Assembly: GCA_963666315.2 (NCBI GenBank)
Contig: CAXXHG010000018.1
Coordinates: forward strand, 96,001-160,000
Direction: 5' to 3'
DNA length: 64,000 nt
Source of the DNA: Candidatus Binatia bacterium
Lineage (GTDB): Bacteria; Desulfobacterota; Binatia; Bin18
Shown here: positions 58,891-64,000 of the stretch, piece after piece
Layout of the letters: each line of letters begins with the position of its first letter
Numbering within the stretch: the first letter of the stretch is position 1
Position numbers and translations under genes: made by a program
The notes under the pieces: model-generated
Told to the model about the DNA's origin: nothing
What the model saw: the letters and a program-made list of their open reading frames with translations, nothing else
Databases searched by the model: none

Positions 58891-59799
58891 TTACAAAATC
58901 TCTCTGCTTGGTAGGCGATTGGGAGGCGTGGCGCGTTCGACCTGAGGTCGGCGGCCGGGGTGGGTTTCCCTGCGGAGCCGCCACCCTTCAAACTGCAACC
59001 AATACCCGCCAAACTTCCGAACATTCAACACGCCCGTATCAAAAATCAGATACTGCCCTTTAATCCCAAGCAGCGTTCCAGCGATCTCTTGTGTTTTGTC
59101 AAAGTTGAGCGCTTTGACTTTGGTCGGATACTCGAGGACAGGGTAGGTAAAGGACCGAACGGCCTCTTCCTCAAGCAGGCTGATGCCCGCTTCTCCAGCG
59201 ACCGCCCGTTGTTTGTCCAGTTCGTCACTACAGATACTACGCAGCTCTGCACTCTTGGCGCTCAGATCAGCCGGTTCCGGATCTCCCTTGAGCATACGCC
59301 GCCAGTCCGTTCGATCAGAAATATGTTTTTTAAACATCACTTCAAGCAGACCGGCCTGGTATCGACTCTGCACGCGAAAAACCGGCAGCGCTTGCACGGC
59401 ACCTTGATCCATCCAACGCGTGGGAATTTGGCTGCCACGCGTAATGCCGACTTTGAGTCCTGACGAGTTCGCCACATACACTATGTGCGGCTGCATGCAG
59501 TGGGCTTCGCCCCATTCCGGCTCGCGACACGTGCCCTGATCGTAATGACACAGCTCCGGCTTGACGATACACAGGTCGCACTGCGCAAGGTCCCGGAAGC
59601 ATGGATAACAATAGCCCTGATTAAAGCTCTTCTTCGTCTTGCGACCACAGACAACGCAATGAATGTCTCCGGTGAACGTAAGACACACAGTCTTTCCTAA
59701 GAGGGAATTCAGCGGAATCTGCTCCTCCCCAATAGGGAGTGTATAGGCAACGGGATTGCTGTCCGTTGTGATCATCTTGCGTATGTTGCCCTGCATCAT
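58891..59799 (-). CDS. DUF2797 family Cys-rich protein
   Basis: CVVCGRKTKKSFNQGYCYPC, KVGITR, PTRWMDQGA, GIKGQYL; C-terminus runs into a dispersed repeat. Confidence 0.85.
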   Translation of the reverse strand: MMQGNIRKMITTDSNPVAYTLPIGEEQIPLNSLLGKTVCLTFTGDIHCVVCGRKTKKSFNQGYCYPCFRDLAQCDLCIVKPELCHYDQGTCREPEWGEAHCMQPHIVYVANSSGLKVGITRGSQIPTRWMDQGAVQALPVFRVQSRYQAGLLEVMFKKHISDRTDWRRMLKGDPEPADLSAKSAELRSICSDELDKQRAVAGEAGISLLEEEAVRSFTYPVLEYPTKVKALNFDKTQEIAGTLLGIKGQYLIFDTGVLNVRKFGGYWLQFEGWRLRRETHPGRRPQVERATPPNRLPSREIL

Positions 59800-59912
59800 C
59801 TCTCCTTCTTACTCTGGCACGTGTTTTGTTGATAGTAGTGACCACTAGCTTCCCGTAGGGGGTGCCCTGCGCACCAAAAGTGAGATGGGGCGGGCTGTCA
59901 GGTTACGCTCCG

Positions 59913-60757
59913 CTAACCTGACCTACGGGACTCCTCTTCTGGATCGAGCGGATAATGCTGCCGCCGATAGCGCAAGCACTCACGATTGAGCCGATGCCGA
60001 AAATCAACTCGCAACTGCCCTTCCCTACCGATGAGTTGGAAATCATCAGCAATCGTGACTCCTCCAATATCAAACAACACACGACAGTTCGGACAAAGAC
60101 AGAGCATGTTCTCTGGAGAGTCCGGGCCATTGTGTGGGGCTTCGAGAGGCCGAATGTGGACAGCTTCCGCATACGGACCAGCAGAACCCTCAAGTCGGAC
60201 ACCGCAGATCTGACAGCGATAATGATAGAGCTGTTTGAGCTGTCGGGCGTGGACAGTCTCGCAAGCAATCATATAACCATCTGATGACTCGATCAGTTTA
60301 TCCACTTCTATTCTGACAAGACGAAAACGCCAAATAAAAACCCAGCCCGTCCAACTTCCCTCCAATAGTCCCCGACCGCATACAGCCCATAGTAACGGTA
60401 GCCCACGTCAGGGACATACGCTGAGCGGAAACCAGCCCCACGAATGAGACGAACAGGTAGGCTGTGTAATCGGTTCTGGGCGAGAGCGAGGTTTCCACGG
60501 CTTAAGGGTTGGTGGCCGATCTGTCTTTTAGTGTCCGGGTCACGTCCACCGTGTCCGGTATAGAAGATCACATCCCCAAAATCCTCACCATCTTCATAGC
60601 CACCGGCCAGGACAACCGAATCGGCCCCTTCACGTCCACTCCCAGAAATGCCTGCAACGCGAGGACGATGCACTCCAGATTTGGAGAGTTCCGCCCGTGA
60701 GGCGAACCGACTGCCCACGGGATAGCCGGGGATACGACCAAAAATGCGCTCTGACAT
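59913..60757 (-). pseudogene. SRA(YDG)-HNH modification-dependent restriction endonuclease, frameshifted and degenerate
   Basis: SRA: GVHRPRVAGISG, GGYED, YTGHGG; HNH: CQIC, EAVHIRPL, PHNGPD, NMLCLCPN; frames join at the T5 run (plus-strand A 60336-60340). Confidence 0.88.
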
Positions 60758-60923
60758 ATCTTGATAAGTAGCGTACTAAGGCGGGCTTCGCGAACGATGG
60801 TATGTCAGTGCATGTATCCATACGGCCCAGCCCCTGTCCTTTCTATACCGGACTCAGCACGATAAGACGCGACAGGGAGAAGAGACGCTTAGCCCTGCCA
60901 TAGACGTCTCTGTACAAAATTCC

Positions 60924-61754
60924 ATGACAGCCCGATCATCGCCGCCTCAAGTCATCACTCAAAACTTGCAAAGCTGGCACGAACGTGCCGCCGCCTATCA
61001 TCATTTGATCGCCTCGTGGCCGCTCTTCTCATGTTTGGCCGACCGCCTCATCGATCTGATTCCGCAGCCGTTTCAGGGAACAGCCATTGATCTGGCCGCC
61101 GGCAGTGGACTTGTCACGGAACGTCTTCTGTCTCGTTATCCTCAGACCCGTGTTCAACTAGTCGAGCCAGCAGCGGCTATGTTGGCACTGGCCCGCAAGC
61201 AATTGGGCACCCGTGTGTCTGACTACACTCAACTGCCGGCCGAAGAAGTCGGCGCGCTGACTACCAGAGCTGATGTGGTCCTGTGCAGCGCGGCTCTCCA
61301 CCTTCTTGACGAGGCCAAAGTTTTTATCGGCCTTACGCAGTGTCTGAAGCCAGGGGGTCTGTTTGTATGCAACTTGTGGTGGCATTCATGGGAACCAACC
61401 GTTGGTCCGGATTATACCTCAGTCTGGCAACCACTCGTCGAACAAGCCCTGGCAGATCTGAACGAACCGCGTGGTACATGGCCGCAGCCTTTGCCTCTAA
61501 GGGTACGGACAGAGGCGGGCATACGCGCAGCAGCACAGGCAGCCCAGCTTACGCTTGAGACGATTATCACCGACACGGACACCATCACGAATCGCTTTTT
61601 TATTGACTTTTCTGCCATGTCTGCCACGTTTCTCGACCATCTCTCCGCTTCCCAACGTGCCACGGTCATCGCGCGCGCGCGAGAAGGGGCGAACACTGCA
61701 GTGAAGGTGCAAAGCACGCGGTTTGTGTTTCGGCGAGAAACCTATTCAATCTAG
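60924..61754 (+). CDS. Class I SAM-dependent methyltransferase
   Basis: IDLAAGSG, LVEP, LKPGG. Confidence 0.85.
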   Translation: MTARSSPPQVITQNLQSWHERAAAYHHLIASWPLFSCLADRLIDLIPQPFQGTAIDLAAGSGLVTERLLSRYPQTRVQLVEPAAAMLALARKQLGTRVSDYTQLPAEEVGALTTRADVVLCSAALHLLDEAKVFIGLTQCLKPGGLFVCNLWWHSWEPTVGPDYTSVWQPLVEQALADLNEPRGTWPQPLPLRVRTEAGIRAAAQAAQLTLETIITDTDTITNRFFIDFSAMSATFLDHLSASQRATVIARAREGANTAVKVQSTRFVFRRETYSI

Positions 61755-61779
61755 AAAGCAGGCAATCTAGAAAGCAAGC

Positions 61780-63666
61780 ATGACGCGAGAGCTTACCATT
61801 CAGTCGGTTATCCTCGGGCTCAGCCTGTCAGTCATTATGGGGGCAGCAAATGTGTATCTCGGCCTCAAAGTCGGGATGACGGTGTCTGCGTCTATCCCGG
61901 CTGCTGTGATGGCGATGTTGCTTTTACGCCTGCTGCCCGGCAGCGGCACCATCCTCGAAGCCAACCAAGCCCAGACCGCTGCATCCGCAGGAGAATCCTT
62001 GGCGGCCGGTGTTATCTTTACCATGCCCGCGCTCATCCTCGTCGGCGCGTGGCAAGAATTCGACATGCTGCTGACGACACTGGTTGCCTTTAGCGGCGGT
62101 CTGCTCGGCATCCTGCTCATGATCCCGATGCGTAAGGTTTTTGTCACGGGTTCGACAAGTGAGCTGAAGTTTCCCGAGGGCGTGGCCTGCGCTGCTGTGC
62201 TCCGGTCTGGCCAACAAACACAAACAGGAACGCAGAATGCACGACGGGTTATTCAGGGCGCTGTCTTTGGCTTGGTTTTTAAAGCTCTCGTCAGTTTTGT
62301 AGGTATCCTCAAGGGAACACTCGAAGGCGCATTCGTCCTGGGCCGCAGCATCTTTTATCTTGGCACTGATATGTCAGTCGCCCTGTTAGGCGTTGGCATG
62401 ATCGTTCAGCTCAATATTGCCAGCCTCGTCTTCCTCGGTGGTGTTATCGGCTGGCTGATTGCCCTGCCGATCTTGAGCCTGGACACTGCTCTGCAGAGTA
62501 ATCCGGTTGAGGCGGCGTATACGATTTGGTCGCAACAGGTACGCTATATCGGGGTGGGGGCCATGGTGGTCGGAGGCATCACGGCTATCATCCACATCCG
62601 CCACGGCCTGGTCGAAGCCGCCCGTACCCTGATACGGGGTTCTGGGCCGTCAGGTTCTGGACGGTCAGATTCAGCGCCGAATGCACAACACGACGATATT
62701 CCTCTGGCCTGGATTATCGTGCTGACCATAGGCTGCACGGTAGTCATTGGAGTGGTGTATTTTCTCTTTACAAACCGACTCGATGTGACCCTCACGGCAA
62801 CGGCCATCATGTTAGTAATGGCCTTTTTCTTTACTGCAGTGGCGAGCTATATCGTCGGACTGGTCGGCAATTCCAACAGCCCGGTCTCGGGCATGACCAT
62901 TACAACCGTCCTGTTTACGGGCGCTCTGCTACTGCTCTTTGGCTACACCGGAACAGCCGGCATGCTGGCAACCTTGGGCGTCGCAGCCATCGTGTGTTGT
63001 ACGGCGTGTACAGCCGGAGATGTGTGTAACGATCTCAAGACAGGCCAGCTTGTCGGAGCATCGCCACGACGGCAACAGCTCATGCAAATTGGCGGTATCG
63101 CGGTTGCGGCTTTTATCATGGCCCCCGTGATGCAATTGCTAAACGATTACACACCGGGCGGTATTGGTGGCAAAGAGCTTGCCGCGCCACAGGCGCAACT
63201 CTTTGCCAGCCTGGCGCGTGGTTTTTTTGGTGACGGTCAACTGCCCTGGAACCTTGTTGGAGTCGGGGTGCTTATTGGCCTCGCGCTAGTCGGACTCGAT
63301 ACGCTGCTCGAAAAACGTCAGGCGTCTTTTCGGCTGCACCTTATGCCCATTGCTGTTGGGATATATCTACCGTTTGGCTTGTCCGTGCCGATCTTTCTCG
63401 GTGGGATTCTCTCGGCCCGATTAGCCCGTAAAAGTCAACAACCGACGGAAACGGCGTCATCCCAGCCTGGCGTTCTGCTTGCCTCCGGAGCAATTGCCGG
63501 TGAGGCGCTCACCGGTGTTGGGATTGCGCTGTTTGCCAGCTTTGGTCTGTCCCGGCTTGAGCTCGGCCTTTCTGACGGGCTTCAGACAGGACTGACTATT
63601 GTGGCCTTACTCATTGCGCTTGTTTTCTTCTATCGCGACGGACAACAGCAAAGCGTGTCGGGTTAG
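61780..63666 (+). CDS. OPT-family oligopeptide transporter
   Basis: ANVYLGLKVG, ASAGES, LKFPEG, SNSPVSG, DLKTG, APQA. Confidence 0.95.
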   Translation: MTRELTIQSVILGLSLSVIMGAANVYLGLKVGMTVSASIPAAVMAMLLLRLLPGSGTILEANQAQTAASAGESLAAGVIFTMPALILVGAWQEFDMLLTTLVAFSGGLLGILLMIPMRKVFVTGSTSELKFPEGVACAAVLRSGQQTQTGTQNARRVIQGAVFGLVFKALVSFVGILKGTLEGAFVLGRSIFYLGTDMSVALLGVGMIVQLNIASLVFLGGVIGWLIALPILSLDTALQSNPVEAAYTIWSQQVRYIGVGAMVVGGITAIIHIRHGLVEAARTLIRGSGPSGSGRSDSAPNAQHDDIPLAWIIVLTIGCTVVIGVVYFLFTNRLDVTLTATAIMLVMAFFFTAVASYIVGLVGNSNSPVSGMTITTVLFTGALLLLFGYTGTAGMLATLGVAAIVCCTACTAGDVCNDLKTGQLVGASPRRQQLMQIGGIAVAAFIMAPVMQLLNDYTPGGIGGKELAAPQAQLFASLARGFFGDGQLPWNLVGVGVLIGLALVGLDTLLEKRQASFRLHLMPIAVGIYLPFGLSVPIFLGGILSARLARKSQQPTETASSQPGVLLASGAIAGEALTGVGIALFASFGLSRLELGLSDGLQTGLTIVALLIALVFFYRDGQQQSVSG

Positions 63667-63710
63667 CGTAGCGTAACCCGACAACCATAGCCAAAGATAG
63701 TCTTTTTTAT

Positions 63711-64000
63711 ATGTATCAATACCTAAAATTATCAGATGTACAAGATGAATACATTCTGACCAACGGCATCTACAATAATGATGTAGAAAACTATTATATC
63801 ACGGATGATTGGTCTCCGGGGATGTACGAGGCACTTGCATTTGCGGGTTTTATCTCTATTTCGATAAAAGATGAGGAAGGGAAAGCTTATCTATTTCCTG
63901 AAATGCAATTTAGTTATGCCGTGTTACACTGGGATAACTTGCATATATCAAAGCGCTTAAAAGATTTTATTGCTAAAAAAGTGCTAGCTCATAATTACGG
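63711..64000 (+). CDS. AT-rich gene, 5' part; distant leucyl/phenylalanyl-tRNA-protein transferase-like
   Basis: Manual translation: MYQYLKL...YYITDDWSPGMYEALAFAGFIS...LFPEMQFSYAVLHWDNLHISKRLK, open to the window end; LHISKRL resembles the L/F-transferase hHhsrsl segment. Confidence 0.55.
   Translation, partial: MYQYLKLSDVQDEYILTNGIYNNDVENYYITDDWSPGMYEALAFAGFISISIKDEEGKAYLFPEMQFSYAVLHWDNLHISKRLKDFIAKKVLAHNY

Noticed and set aside
20608-63683. Dispersed ~31-bp palindromic repeats as a CRISPR array
   Set aside because: Copies are kilobases apart, begin with GTAG like REPs, and no cas genes are present.

Overview
64 kb of bacterial chromosome, moderately GC-rich, with no rRNA, tRNA or CRISPR array that I can see. 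A few housekeeping genes (rarA, NAD kinase, D,D-carboxypeptidase, hpt, yfbR) are interspersed with a very dense set of catabolic paralogs: 7 luciferase-like (LLM/F420-type) oxidoreductases, 4 Rieske oxygenase alpha subunits, 4 amidohydrolases, a LigAB-type extradiol dioxygenase and 2 NicX/M29-fold metalloenzymes. I recognise no local transcription regulators or Rieske electron-transfer partners. This repertoire resembles Binatia/Tectomicrobia-type genomes (inference only). Best candidates for undescribed biology: (i) a 4-gene operon (LLM, APH/MtnK-fold kinase, enolase paralog with a remodelled C3-OH pocket, D-2-hydroxyacid dehydrogenase) bounded by ~90-bp imperfect direct repeats; (ii) a twice-occurring Rieske oxygenase + NicX-like ring-cleavage module. 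The window also holds many mobile or decayed relics: an IS1595 transposase with a small downstream ORF, three MITE-like elements, several REP families, an integron integrase/attC relic, two toxin-less TA relics, a degenerate SRA-HNH nuclease, and several frameshifted or nonsense-interrupted genes. All family assignments come from motif recognition, not database searches.
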